DNA of 64,000 nucleotides from a virus. The stretch is from positions 11,573-75,572 of IMG/VR virus record IMGVR_UViG_3300023313_000004; one strand, given 5' to 3'. Made by a program: the position numbers and the translations under genes. Below are positions 38,601 through 48,014 of this stretch, in pieces. Each line of letters starts with the position of its first letter. Position 1 is the first letter of the stretch. The notes beneath the pieces were generated by a model. It was not told the origin of the DNA. It was given only the letters and a program-made list of their open reading frames with translations, and made no database searches.

Positions 38601-38858
38601 GTAATAAATTGACCCCTCATAAATGGTGTCATCCGCCCTAATGGTTCTTAGTCCCCCCCTTGCAATGCCTTCATCCCAAGCATCTATAACTGCGGAAGTC
38701 CCATAAGAAGCGATATATGTGGGCACGAAGTTAGGTATGTAATTTAGGGTAGGGAAGTTAGCACTATCAGATAGCCCCATAGACACTACAGACCCTGTAG
38801 CGGAAAGGTGTGCTGTGGTAGTACCTGCAGCATTATTAGCGTAAATTCTGTTTCCCAT
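35658..38858 (-). CDS. Tail fibre / receptor-binding protein with BNR-like and YadA-head-like repeats
   Basis: S.DG.TW / SFDSGISW Asp-box repeats; AIG/ALG 14-aa repeats around aa 700-930. Confidence 0.75.
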   Translation of the reverse strand: MGNRIYANNAAGTTTAHLSATGSVVSMGLSDSANFPTLNYIPNFVPTYIASYGTSAVIDAWDEGIARGGLRTIRADDTIYEGSIYYPIDAHTPSLVGGGVSSTGNVLFSGSGTIQPPQILESTLDYWYSLPLRHAPHSVVFDGSKYMGVLDAGIVGDPLVTSSLTGLEGSWATHAPNNPTPTVISVGSRLHYSNGVYLITNNNTCMYSSDGIIYQNATGNPIGTPTDFKTDGTIGIITSSIAGLQSTVTGGAIFTTLTTGTAIDTMTDLSITHNGFVFVVAGHGAAGTAPVVVTSPDGITWTTQTFAPTLTNFYGVRSAAGNVFLLGSVDGLVRSIYYSVDNVVTFTAATAMPIVRAGNTVAMGALVSDGTTTYLDCEGGSVIKTTDTGATWVDIYGPPTGLKQGSAGIVVGPAGIWLASQERTMKKFTTENLIGVQTLDSGTTVAWDDVSSVWVKEVDTWVQHIVPGIPLGGFSDLRNVDNTSRWVGVGAGGVVLYTDDFITWTEAGTPVGWASDMHSVGFHRGIGYAGAAGAKLLRSFDSGISWALSSGNALGDITAIYPGRDSIYCFMQYSSGGVVVGASVTPDGITHKYLGAQFTYMARYMPSNNFYTGYLGMTGVQGWGTSIPVSTLDYYIATLSTPNEDSFEIVKVLWSNLGTALIERALEGTTAKEWPFKSNFGIRSTASSFGGISNLALGTGSLGLLTKVSTSSSRHVVALGYESYTKGGDTTVVGAFAGAEEYGTAIGRGAYAYYQGTAVGYGAGTSKEYGVGIGYDTYCTSYSGIAIGTLLTPIRHGSSAIAIGTSAGGTGYAGANSICIGTSTTSGAHLGLSLGNYATSTAESTVTVGNRASTSGLDATAIGHLSIVGGTRAIGMGRSTASSGVDAMALGSYASASAVNATALGANTSVSAVDAMALGSGAVNSIPYTSVLSKPLIAPSVGNTLPLAAVPATHVGGNTAEVVLLTDYIDLSLIGITSIALPVGTRFYLSECGVIANNGATTSATLQWGSVGSIVAPVATGIMADGGKVSYTPLVSSGLAVLDTEVTIAGTGFVRAYFKGILIGDG

Positions 38859-38926
38859 AGTAGTACTCTCCTAAAAAAAGGAACTGTAACGGCTCTTACG
38901 CCCTAGGTCACTAATGTATCCTTCTG

Positions 38927-40177
38927 TTATATATCGAAGAGTATAGACCTGCCATTACCTAAGATGCTACCCCTATCCAATAGAGCCCCTATACTGGATG
39001 TACCTGTGTACCTATACCGTTTTATACCAGCTAGGTCTAATTCATACCGCACAGGGTTAGCAGCATCCGTGAACGTAATATCTAACCCGTTAATAACGAG
39101 ACCCTCTGACTCAATAGTGATAGTTGGGGTATCAGGCCTACCATAATACCTAGTATTTAGGGATACAGCCTTGCATAGCTGGAAGTACTTATTGCCATCT
39201 ATCCATACTCCCGGCGTGTACACCACGGCACCCCCCATCCAAGAGACGACAACAGCCCTAGCCTCCACCGTTCCTAGGTAGGGAGGGGAGAGCACCCCCC
39301 TTATATATTCTGGTATCCCTGCTGCAGAGACACCAAAGTAGGCTCTACTATCCACATCAACAGTATCTATGAGAGGAGAAGTGGTACTCCTTTCCTCTGC
39401 GGCAATTACAGTAGCATAGCTTTTAAAATCAGTTCTTATTTTCTGGTATATGCGTGTTGTACCTGCATCAACGGTACCATTCCTTATCTCCCAAGAGGTG
39501 GTTACACCTTCTGTAACTCTCTCAAATACTCCACCGATATACCCTGTATTCTCCCCCCAATTAAAGGTTTTCCAATCCCCATACACCCCCCCAGCTATAG
39601 GGATAGAGCGTTGGTACTGTAGTACCTCCCCTGTTTGGGGAAAAGCATCGGGCACTAGATTAAAGGCATGAAGGATAGCACCCTCTGAGGCTGTACCATA
39701 GGCACCAACTGCTATCAATCCTACCCCTCCCCCTCCTGCCATGGGATGCACTACCACATCATACTTATCCATATACAGAGCGTTATTAACAGTACCTCCC
39801 GGAGGGGGTATGGTTACATTAGGTCCCACAGGCCCTACAGTTAAGTCTATTGTTACCCTGCCAAACCTATAGCTAGAAGGGTTTAATATATCTATCTCCT
39901 CATAGGAGATGTCTAGCCCATCGGGCTGCTGATTCCCCGTAGATTGACTATCCCACACCCTCGTTGTAGCGTAAGTAGTAGGCCCTATTTTCACCATCCT
40001 ATCCACACTCCCCCCGAAGAAATAAGTGTAGTAATTAGCTAGGGGGTAGGGGCTGGTCAGATATAGCTGCCTAGTATCATCAGGAATGGCGGGGGTACCA
40101 CCACCTCCACCACCAGAAGCAGGGGGGATATACTTTATAGGGCTAGAGAAAGGGTTAATACAATTATTTGACAGCAT
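38927..40177 (-). CDS. Minor tail protein
   Basis: Tail module position; beta-rich. Confidence 0.55.
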   Translation of the reverse strand: MLSNNCINPFSSPIKYIPPASGGGGGGTPAIPDDTRQLYLTSPYPLANYYTYFFGGSVDRMVKIGPTTYATTRVWDSQSTGNQQPDGLDISYEEIDILNPSSYRFGRVTIDLTVGPVGPNVTIPPPGGTVNNALYMDKYDVVVHPMAGGGGVGLIAVGAYGTASEGAILHAFNLVPDAFPQTGEVLQYQRSIPIAGGVYGDWKTFNWGENTGYIGGVFERVTEGVTTSWEIRNGTVDAGTTRIYQKIRTDFKSYATVIAAEERSTTSPLIDTVDVDSRAYFGVSAAGIPEYIRGVLSPPYLGTVEARAVVVSWMGGAVVYTPGVWIDGNKYFQLCKAVSLNTRYYGRPDTPTITIESEGLVINGLDITFTDAANPVRYELDLAGIKRYRYTGTSSIGALLDRGSILGNGRSILFDI

Positions 40178-40442
40178 AACTCTGCCTAAGCTCTGCCTTC
40201 GCCATTAAGGCTGAGGAAGTAATAGTGGTAGTAAGTACGGCTGCAACAGGTAAATCTCTAAACGTCAGCTCTAGGGTGTGCCCTGCACCATCTACCATAG
40301 TAACGGACTTCACTACCTCTACAGCTATTGCGGAGGAGTCTTGGGGGTATGTTGCAGACACCCCACCAGAGTAAACCCAGACTGTCCCAGACACCCTTTT
40401 TCCCTCAGAGTAGTTACGGATAGGACTATTATTCTCTGCCAT
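40164..40442 (-). CDS. Minor tail protein
   Basis: Coupled ORF in the tail module. Confidence 0.5.
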   Translation of the reverse strand: MAENNSPIRNYSEGKRVSGTVWVYSGGVSATYPQDSSAIAVEVVKSVTMVDGAGHTLELTFRDLPVAAVLTTTITSSALMAKAELRQSYAVK

Positions 40443-40452
40443 GGTTTATCTC

Positions 40453-41694
40453 CTAGGAGGATGGGTTATTATCAGGAGCACTAATAGTATAGTTACCTGT
40501 AGCTCCTGTAATACTAGAGGAGAATATCACAGTCTCAGAGGATATACTAGAGGATGCAGGTAATGGGAGCGTGTACACCCAAGATTGTACTGTGTACTGG
40601 TAGGAAACCCTTAACTGCCCCGTCATAGGTAGGGCTACCCCGTCATAGAGCAGGGCTATCTCGTTAAGCTTTAGGGTTGTTGCACTGGTTATGATATACC
40701 TTTTTGTCGCACCCTCTGCCTCTGAGGGAGGCAACCAAGACCCTATTTGTATTACGTCCCCACCCACGGCTATAACAGGGGACATCTGCCCTCCATTCAT
40801 ATTGGTCATAGACCCTGCATATACCGTTTTAGGTAAGCCTAGAGCAGTATCATTAGGGGTATTAGATAAAGTGAACCTAGAAGTATTCTCAGCAACAAAA
40901 GACTCATCTAACTCCCTATCCGTCTGGCCTAAATACTTAACTACTGCTAGGGTGTTAGATGCTTTGGCAGACACTAAGGAGGAAGCCACAACATCTATAT
41001 AAGACACTAGGCTCATAGTGCTACTAGCGGTATCATGGACAAATCGAGAGGGGGTTATAACCCCTGCCCCAGACCCTGTTCCTTTAGTGGTGGCTAGAGG
41101 AGGCAGTCCACCATAGGACTCTAAGGGCTCAAACGCTGGGGAAGTGTATATGGCAGTCAGCCCAGAGGAGGACTCCACAGCTACTATAGAGGCAGATTCA
41201 AAGGGTGCTTTCCCTACAGGCCCACCCCTATGGGCTATGGAGACTAGGGCGTAAGTGTAATCATAATCTAGCCTCATCACTAAGGCATACTCTGCATCAA
41301 GAATAATCGTATTAGAGGGTGCGTCATAAGTCATGCTGATACTGCGGAAAGGCACTGTCGCGCCTTGCCTGTTAAGTGCAGTACCTACCCCCTGCATAGA
41401 GACAAGACCCCCCTTAGGTATATGGGGTACAGCCACGGAATTAGAGAACTCCACTACTACCTCCGTGGAGGCATGGGCAACATTACCCGTGCTGTCTATG
41501 GAGGTGGAGGCGGCAGTTAGTAACTTTATGGTAGGGGTAGGTAGGTTGCCTGACACCAACCTCACATACTTATACCCCAACTGGGGGTGGGATGCTTTAT
41601 GCGCCTCAAAAGAGACACCCGTAGTCTTCCCTCCTACCCCCTCTGCTTTTAAGGGGGCAAAGGAGGTCGCTAAGGAAGCATTAACCTCTGCCAT
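40453..41694 (-). CDS. Minor tail protein
   Basis: Tail module position. Confidence 0.55.
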   Translation of the reverse strand: MAEVNASLATSFAPLKAEGVGGKTTGVSFEAHKASHPQLGYKYVRLVSGNLPTPTIKLLTAASTSIDSTGNVAHASTEVVVEFSNSVAVPHIPKGGLVSMQGVGTALNRQGATVPFRSISMTYDAPSNTIILDAEYALVMRLDYDYTYALVSIAHRGGPVGKAPFESASIVAVESSSGLTAIYTSPAFEPLESYGGLPPLATTKGTGSGAGVITPSRFVHDTASSTMSLVSYIDVVASSLVSAKASNTLAVVKYLGQTDRELDESFVAENTSRFTLSNTPNDTALGLPKTVYAGSMTNMNGGQMSPVIAVGGDVIQIGSWLPPSEAEGATKRYIITSATTLKLNEIALLYDGVALPMTGQLRVSYQYTVQSWVYTLPLPASSSISSETVIFSSSITGATGNYTISAPDNNPSS

Positions 41695-41697
41695 TAG

Positions 41698-42699
41698 TTA
41701 GGCACTCTCTCCTTCTACGGCAATAACCATGCTATTACCTGCTAATGACCCTGCCAAAGGAGGTACAACCCTTTTTAACCATACAGGTTGTGCCGCAGGG
41801 GTAGAAGTGAAAGTGATAGTATCACCTGAGGTAAACACTCCTGTAAAGCCGTTGGATACCATACTGAAATACGGAAGCCCATAGTCTGGGTTATTGATAC
41901 TTACGCCTGAGGTGGTATTACCCCCTCCTATAACACCCAATGTAGCACCTACCACATCAAAGGCAGTAGATGAAGTGAAGGTGAGTGTCCAATCTTCGTG
42001 AACCGCAGCCATATTCTCAGTTGTAATAGGGTTTAGTAGCGCATCATAAGCACCTGTTCCCACAGCATTTACAGTCAACGTACCTACAGAGGATGCTACA
42101 TCCCCTACCGCCATCATAGAGGAGACTTTACTATTTGATGCTAAATAAGAACCTGTAATCGTGCTAACTAGAGTAAGCGTTGCAACATTACCTGTAATCG
42201 CCACACCCCCTACCGCAATAATACCATATTCCGTCTGGCCAGTAGTCACTAAATCAGGCTGGTTGGAGATACGGACTCTATCCCCATCCCTAAAGATGGT
42301 GACAGTACCATCTTCAAGGAGTACAGAGATAGTCGTGTCTAACGCTGTAATATCCGCATTAAGCTTTGCCGCACCGTAGAGGGGCTCAGACCCTGTTATG
42401 TCAAACTGAGTATCTATCTGGGTACCTGCAAAAGCAGTAACGCTATCATCCCCTGCAGTAAGAGCCTCTAGGAATACATAAGCACTAATCAAATCTAGGT
42501 TTGCGGAGTTATCTACCTTCATAAATATTTTACGATAGTTAGTTACCCCTGCTGTACGGTCAGCCAAAGACACATCAGGGAATATATTGTTTTTTACCCC
42601 TGTGCTAATAGGGGAGACAGATAGCACCCCACCGTTAGTTGCGGTGTCGTTCATATTTTTTGACCTGTACCATACTAATTCACTTGTTGTAATTGCCAT
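41698..42699 (-). CDS. Minor tail protein
   Basis: GVKNNIFPDVS..R.AG...YRKIF..N and PVWLKRVVP motifs seen in phage tail proteins. Confidence 0.65.
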   Translation of the reverse strand: MAITTSELVWYRSKNMNDTATNGGVLSVSPISTGVKNNIFPDVSLADRTAGVTNYRKIFMKVDNSANLDLISAYVFLEALTAGDDSVTAFAGTQIDTQFDITGSEPLYGAAKLNADITALDTTISVLLEDGTVTIFRDGDRVRISNQPDLVTTGQTEYGIIAVGGVAITGNVATLTLVSTITGSYLASNSKVSSMMAVGDVASSVGTLTVNAVGTGAYDALLNPITTENMAAVHEDWTLTFTSSTAFDVVGATLGVIGGGNTTSGVSINNPDYGLPYFSMVSNGFTGVFTSGDTITFTSTPAAQPVWLKRVVPPLAGSLAGNSMVIAVEGESA

Positions 42700-42711
42700 G
42701 ACCTGCTCCTG

Positions 42712-43095
42712 TTATACCGTTATAAGTTTTATGCTACCTGTGTAGTAATCTGTGCTTAAATATACTTGCTTGCTTAATATAGGGGATGCCACTACAGCAG
42801 ACCCCTCACTATGAAAGAACATCACGGTATGAGTGCTCCCATGTATATCTAGGGGGTAGGTGCTTCCTGCTACAGAAGCCAAGGTTATTAACTCGTCTAC
42901 TTGCGCTTTTGTTAGCCACCCTTGGTCAGAGACTGCATCGAGGGTTATTCGCCGCCCTTTGGTAGTAGCACTACTGGTTATAACGGCTGCACCCCCCAAG
43001 GTACGCGCCGTACTTTGTACTACAGGCTGGTAATTAAGTGCATCAGACCAAATCATATGAGGGGACAAACTTAAACCGCCTAAAGTAATAGCCAC
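42712..43095 (-). CDS. Distal-tail-like protein
   Basis: Directly after the tape measure; W.D..VQS..RTLGG..GRRITL. Confidence 0.6.
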   Translation of the reverse strand: MAITLGGLSLSPHMIWSDALNYQPVVQSTARTLGGAAVITSSATTKGRRITLDAVSDQGWLTKAQVDELITLASVAGSTYPLDIHGSTHTVMFFHSEGSAVVASPILSKQVYLSTDYYTGSIKLITV

Positions 43096-46000
43096 TACAC
43101 ACCCTCTTGCTGTAACATTTTAAGGGCATTAACTAAGCCATCTACTTGGTCTCTGTCCCCTTGGACGGCAAACCTACCACCGCCTAAAGTGATATTCAAA
43201 TCAACAGAGTCCCTCTGTGCGGAGGATACTAGACCCCCTGCTGCAAACTTCTTAATGCTAGGGCTTCTAAATGAGGGGGCAGACACAATACCTCCAGCGG
43301 CAAAAGCAGGTCTGGGGGCGGACATAGTATTTATCATATCCATGAAATTAGTTCCATACTGCCTTACTGCCGCAGCAGTCATAACAAACTCCCCATTAGA
43401 AAGCATAGCAGGGATGGAGTCAGATGTGCCTGTACCTGCCCCTGTAACCTGCCCCCCCTCAGCGAAGGTAGGGGCACTTTTATAACCCCCCGATATAGCA
43501 TTCTTAGCCTTAACTATCGCCTCTAGGATGATAGGGTGGGATTTATTTAGGGATTGTACCTTGTTTAGTACCTTCTCATACAGTGTAAGAGTAGAGGCAG
43601 GGTCATAGGCTACTTTTACAGGGACTATAGGTGCAGCATCTGCAAGGGGCTGGAGGGCATCCTTTAGAGTACCATTGTCTACAACTACGGGGACTACGAT
43701 AGACTCCCCTAATGCATTTTTAATTTTAGACTGCTCCACCTTAACTGCAGTATCTACACCCTCAATAGCCTTTAGCTCTGCTATTATAGGGATGGTAACG
43801 CCCTCTACACTTTTAGCTATAAGGGCAGCCTTCTCAATCTGGGTTATTAACCCCCCTATATTTGTGTCCTCCAGCCCTGCCACCACAATCTGTATCTTGA
43901 TAACCCTGTCCTTTATCTTATACAAAGAAGCTAGACGCTCCTCAACAGAGGCTATCTTCTCTAGCGCAGATTGCTCGCCTTCAATAACCCTAGCCATATT
44001 CAAAGGTTTGCCTGCAGCCTCTACGGCTTTAGCCAGTGCCACAAATTGTTTAGCTTGGTATTTACTCTTACGCGCAAAAGCAGGATTATCTTGGGCTAGT
44101 TTGGCATACAGCTCTGAGTTTACTTTTAGCAGGTCTTTGGCTTTTTTGTAAGCGGCAGCCTTATCATCTGAGCTTGCACCTGTATCGTTAATGGTGCTAA
44201 GCAGCCCTCTTAAAGTTCTGGCATCAGCTATTGCTTCCTTATTATAAGCCCTCTCTTTCCCCCTCTTCTCAGATGCGGTATCTTGTACTTGGTAATTATC
44301 TTGGATACTGGCTAAGTAATCGGCGGAGGCTTTTGCCAACCCCTCCTTCTCTTTTAGAAAGCCTTTATACTGGGTAACAGCCTGATTAAGGAGGGATTGC
44401 TCCAATGCAATATTCTTACCCAACTCCGCCCTTAGAGCAGAATAGTTATCTTGTGCAGCGGACTTTAGGGCTTTCCCATCAGTCCTATACTTACTGACAA
44501 TATGCGTGAATCTCTTTGAGAAGGCTTGCATATGACTATTAAGCCTTACACTAGCATTAGCCATACTGGAGACAGATTTATTGTTGAAGTCCTTAAATGC
44601 GGCGAGACCATCAACGGCAGCCCCCTTAATACTTTTAGAAAAAGATGTTATTGCCGCAGCATTCTTTGCATATGTGGAATCTATCTCCACCTTGGATAAT
44701 TCATGCACCCTCTTCGTGAAGTCTCCTGCAGACAAAGCAGCTGCTCCATAAGAGGACACCAGCCTAGATAGGGCTAGAGTAACCCTCTTCAGAGAGATGC
44801 TATCTCGTACTGCAGCTAATGCTACGGCGGCGGAGGATGCAGCAATCCTAGCCTTGGCTAACTTTAAGTAGACCTCAGCATTCTGAGCTGTGCTCCTAAG
44901 GAGGAATACATTATGTGCCCGAACCACATCTTTATCTTTACTTAGTAGGTCTTTATGCTGACTAAAGTGGGAGGCTACTTTTTTAGTTAGCTCCTCTTGC
45001 GCCCTAGCTGTTTTATTGGCGGCGGAATTATAGTTGTCAAACCAAGAGCCTATTTTAGTCCCCCAATCGAAAGCCGACCCTAATGCGAGTAGAGCAACGG
45101 TTATGGCTGCTATAGCTAACCCTACAGGGTTGGCTAGTAGGGTTAATCCAGCAGCAGCTACAGTCCTGAGAGTAAGAGCCAGTGTAGCTAAGAACCCTGA
45201 TGCTGTGGCTGCGCCTGCCGCGACACCACCAAACCTAACTACCATGGCGGCTAGGGCAGGATTGGCAACCAATAACTTAGCAGTGATAGCTACTAGCCCT
45301 GTGCTCATAGCAGCTAGTAACCCTTTGCCCACCATATAGGCTAGAGCTACCCCCAAAGCGGCGAAGGAGATAACAAGGGCATCCACGAGGCGAGGCATTG
45401 CTGTAAAGACAGTCGTTACACCCTCCATAATGTGAGACAGTATCTCTAACGCAGGTACCACGGTACGGAGGACTAAATCCCCTATTTTTGCGAAGGATAC
45501 CCCCACACTATTTGCAGCCACATCAAATCGAGAAGCTAAGGTGTCTGATATTTTACCGAAAGCCTTGTCTGTTGCCCCTGCCTTATTGGTTTGGTCTTCT
45601 AGGGCAGCAGTAAACCCCTTCATGCCATTTCTAGTCAGGGCTAGGGTTGCTAGTAGGGCCTCATCAGTACCTACTAATACCTTTAGAGCCCCCACATTGC
45701 CTTTGGATGCCTCACTTACTTTCTCTATAGCAAAGGCTAGTCCTCTAGTTTTTATGGCAGCCTGTGCGTTACCACCAAAATCATGGAATATTTTATTCAA
45801 TTCTGTAGAGGGGCGTATCAGACCTGAGATAACACCTTTAAGTTGAGTTATAGCTTCTGGGGTCTTTGTGCCGCCGATAGTAATATCAGCGATAGCAGCA
45901 TTTACTTCCTCTAGGGATACTCCTGCAGCAGCCGCGATAGGGGCTACTTGGGCAAAGGATGCAGATAACTCTGTAAGTGTCGTGCCGCCGCCTTTAACCG

Positions 46001-47288
46001 CTGTGAAGAACGAATCAGACACCAGCCCTGCAGATAGCATACTCATACCAAAAGAGTTAATAGTAGATGCTAATAATTTAGTAGTGGTCTCAACATCGGA
46101 TACCCCAGCCTTAGCTGATTTCATAGCCGTACCTAAAAGCCCTTGGGCAGATGCGGCATCACTAGCACCTAAGGATATAGCCTGATACATAGCCTTAGCT
46201 GAGGAGGTTAAGTCCTGACCAAAGGTGGAAGATAATTCCGATACTATATCTGCATATTGAGCTGCTTCTTCTGCCCCCCCAGACAAAAGTGTATTTACCT
46301 CCCCCATTGCCCTACCAAACTCTAAGGCTTTTACTACTGCAAAGGCTGCACCTGATAGAGAGGCGATAATCGTTAAGGCTTGTTGGGTCTTGAATAAAGA
46401 GAACCCCACTTGGTCTACCTGCTCTTTAAACCCTATGGCAGCGACACCACCCTCTTTAAATCCTCTCTCTAGGGAGTTTAATCTTTCATTAGAAGACAAC
46501 TTCCCTACTGAGGCAGAAAGCCCTTTGACGCTATTAGCGGTTATAGCTGCGGATACTTTTACATTAGCGGCAGCGGCAGATACTTTCTTTAAGGACGCGC
46601 TGGCCTTGCCCCCCTTCTTAGACATACTCTCCATAGAGGAGGATAATCCTTTTACAGCAGAGCTGGCTTCTTTTGCGGTAGCCCCTAATTTCTTACTTGC
46701 AGCCCCTAGAGCACTTAAGGAAGTCCCTTTTATTTTTCCTAGGGAGGTAGCAGCACTATTGGTCACGGCATTAAATGCCAGCATAGACGCACTAATATCT
46801 TTTACTTGTATATCTAGGGTGTCTAATTGGGCGGTAAATGTACCTAGCTTATGCCCCTTCCCTAGACCTTTTATAGCTGCCCTAAGCTCTTTTATTGATT
46901 TTGTTAGGGCAACACTAGAGGTAAGAACCCTATCTAGGTCAGACCCCACAGCACTAACCTTAGTCCCAGTATTGAAAGTGCCTAATAAAGTCCGTACCTC
47001 TTTTAGGGGGTTGTGTACTTTCGTGGCAGCTTCGCCTATGGACTCCAGAGTTACTTTTAGGGACGTTAATTTTGTGGTTACGGAGACGGAGTTTACTGCT
47101 TTGGATAAAGCCCTGATACCTTTTGCAGTATCTTGTACTGGTATCTTTATGTTCCTAAATGCTAGGGATATAGATTTAGCCTTTGAGGACGCTACCTTAG
47201 ACGTGGCAAGGAGAGCCTTAGTTACCTCTTGCAAGTCTGCAGATACAGTAGACTTTATGGAAATAGGTATCTCTAATTTATCTACCAT
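43095..47288 (-). CDS. Tail tape measure protein
   Basis: 1397 aa, Ala-rich and helical; TP901-like core (YQAISLG, GTTLTELS); C-terminal GTGTSDSIPAMLSNGEFV. Confidence 0.92.
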   Translation of the reverse strand: MVDKLEIPISIKSTVSADLQEVTKALLATSKVASSKAKSISLAFRNIKIPVQDTAKGIRALSKAVNSVSVTTKLTSLKVTLESIGEAATKVHNPLKEVRTLLGTFNTGTKVSAVGSDLDRVLTSSVALTKSIKELRAAIKGLGKGHKLGTFTAQLDTLDIQVKDISASMLAFNAVTNSAATSLGKIKGTSLSALGAASKKLGATAKEASSAVKGLSSSMESMSKKGGKASASLKKVSAAAANVKVSAAITANSVKGLSASVGKLSSNERLNSLERGFKEGGVAAIGFKEQVDQVGFSLFKTQQALTIIASLSGAAFAVVKALEFGRAMGEVNTLLSGGAEEAAQYADIVSELSSTFGQDLTSSAKAMYQAISLGASDAASAQGLLGTAMKSAKAGVSDVETTTKLLASTINSFGMSMLSAGLVSDSFFTAVKGGGTTLTELSASFAQVAPIAAAAGVSLEEVNAAIADITIGGTKTPEAITQLKGVISGLIRPSTELNKIFHDFGGNAQAAIKTRGLAFAIEKVSEASKGNVGALKVLVGTDEALLATLALTRNGMKGFTAALEDQTNKAGATDKAFGKISDTLASRFDVAANSVGVSFAKIGDLVLRTVVPALEILSHIMEGVTTVFTAMPRLVDALVISFAALGVALAYMVGKGLLAAMSTGLVAITAKLLVANPALAAMVVRFGGVAAGAATASGFLATLALTLRTVAAAGLTLLANPVGLAIAAITVALLALGSAFDWGTKIGSWFDNYNSAANKTARAQEELTKKVASHFSQHKDLLSKDKDVVRAHNVFLLRSTAQNAEVYLKLAKARIAASSAAVALAAVRDSISLKRVTLALSRLVSSYGAAALSAGDFTKRVHELSKVEIDSTYAKNAAAITSFSKSIKGAAVDGLAAFKDFNNKSVSSMANASVRLNSHMQAFSKRFTHIVSKYRTDGKALKSAAQDNYSALRAELGKNIALEQSLLNQAVTQYKGFLKEKEGLAKASADYLASIQDNYQVQDTASEKRGKERAYNKEAIADARTLRGLLSTINDTGASSDDKAAAYKKAKDLLKVNSELYAKLAQDNPAFARKSKYQAKQFVALAKAVEAAGKPLNMARVIEGEQSALEKIASVEERLASLYKIKDRVIKIQIVVAGLEDTNIGGLITQIEKAALIAKSVEGVTIPIIAELKAIEGVDTAVKVEQSKIKNALGESIVVPVVVDNGTLKDALQPLADAAPIVPVKVAYDPASTLTLYEKVLNKVQSLNKSHPIILEAIVKAKNAISGGYKSAPTFAEGGQVTGAGTGTSDSIPAMLSNGEFVMTAAAVRQYGTNFMDMINTMSAPRPAFAAGGIVSAPSFRSPSIKKFAAGGLVSSAQRDSVDLNITLGGGRFAVQGDRDQVDGLVNALKMLQQEGV

Positions 47289-47587
47289 TACTCGCTCTCC
47301 CTCACAACCTTATCCACGTCCTCCTTGTCCCCATGCTGGGCTAGTCGGCTAAGGAGCATAGCTGTTATGCTCTCTCTAGTTTTACGCTGTCTTACGGAGT
47401 GTATAAACACTTCTACTTGTTCAAGCGTGTATTGCATCACCTCCGACTTTAGGTGTCCACAGGATATTAGTTCTTCTACATTGTGTACAAGCTGTGAACA
47501 CCAGCCTAAGGTTACAGAGGGCTCTTTAGAGGGGGTAGGTTTACTTCTGGAGGAAGCTCCACTCCCGTCAATGACAGTAGGTTTTTT
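47288..47587 (-). CDS. Tail assembly chaperone -1 frameshift extension (GT product)
   Basis: In-frame slippery A AAA AAC at 47587-47581. The -1 frame is open (..GHLKSEVMQYTLEQVEVF..) to a TAA overlapping the tape measure ATG. Confidence 0.85.
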   Translation of the reverse strand, partial: KKPTVIDGSGASSRSKPTPSKEPSVTLGWCSQLVHNVEELISCGHLKSEVMQYTLEQVEVFIHSVRQRKTRESITAMLLSRLAQHGDKEDVDKVVRESE

Positions 47588-47931
47588 ACTACTGCCATAA
47601 ATTCTTTTGGGTCATATACTGTAAGCCCCCATATCTTGTCTAATGCTATGACTTGGGCACTTAATGGTAAGGCTCTAGCGTTCTCTGTTAAGACCTCTAA
47701 ATCTCCTTCCTCATGCGTAGATACAGCAATTATAGCCGCCACAAAACTAGGGGCTTCCACTACCATAGCAGGGACTTCCATCTCCCCACTGAATAGGGCA
47801 TTAAGGGACTCTTTATGAGAGCTAATTAGAGTTGCTAGGTTATCTACTGTTAGAGGGTGGACAGTAAAGCTATCCGCCCCTACGGTTACTTTTTCTGATT
47901 TTGCGGTCAGGCTGGCTAATGACATGTACAA
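47512..47931 (-). CDS. Tail assembly chaperone
   Basis: Between major tail protein and tape measure; contains the slippery site. Confidence 0.85.
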   Translation of the reverse strand: MYMSLASLTAKSEKVTVGADSFTVHPLTVDNLATLISSHKESLNALFSGEMEVPAMVVEAPSFVAAIIAVSTHEEGDLEVLTENARALPLSAQVIALDKIWGLTVYDPKEFMAVVKNLLSLTGVELPPEVNLPPLKSPL

Positions 47932-47961
47932 CTCCTAATACCCCCATGAACTTAAGTGCAT

Positions 47962-47994
47962 AAAAAAAAGGGGCTGTTTTTCAACAACCCCCCC
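47962..47994 (-). terminator. Intrinsic terminator after major tail gene
   Basis: GGGGTTG-TTGAAAAA-CAGCCCC followed by T8. Confidence 0.7.
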
Positions 47995-48014
47995 AATATA
48001 ACTACACCTAATGC

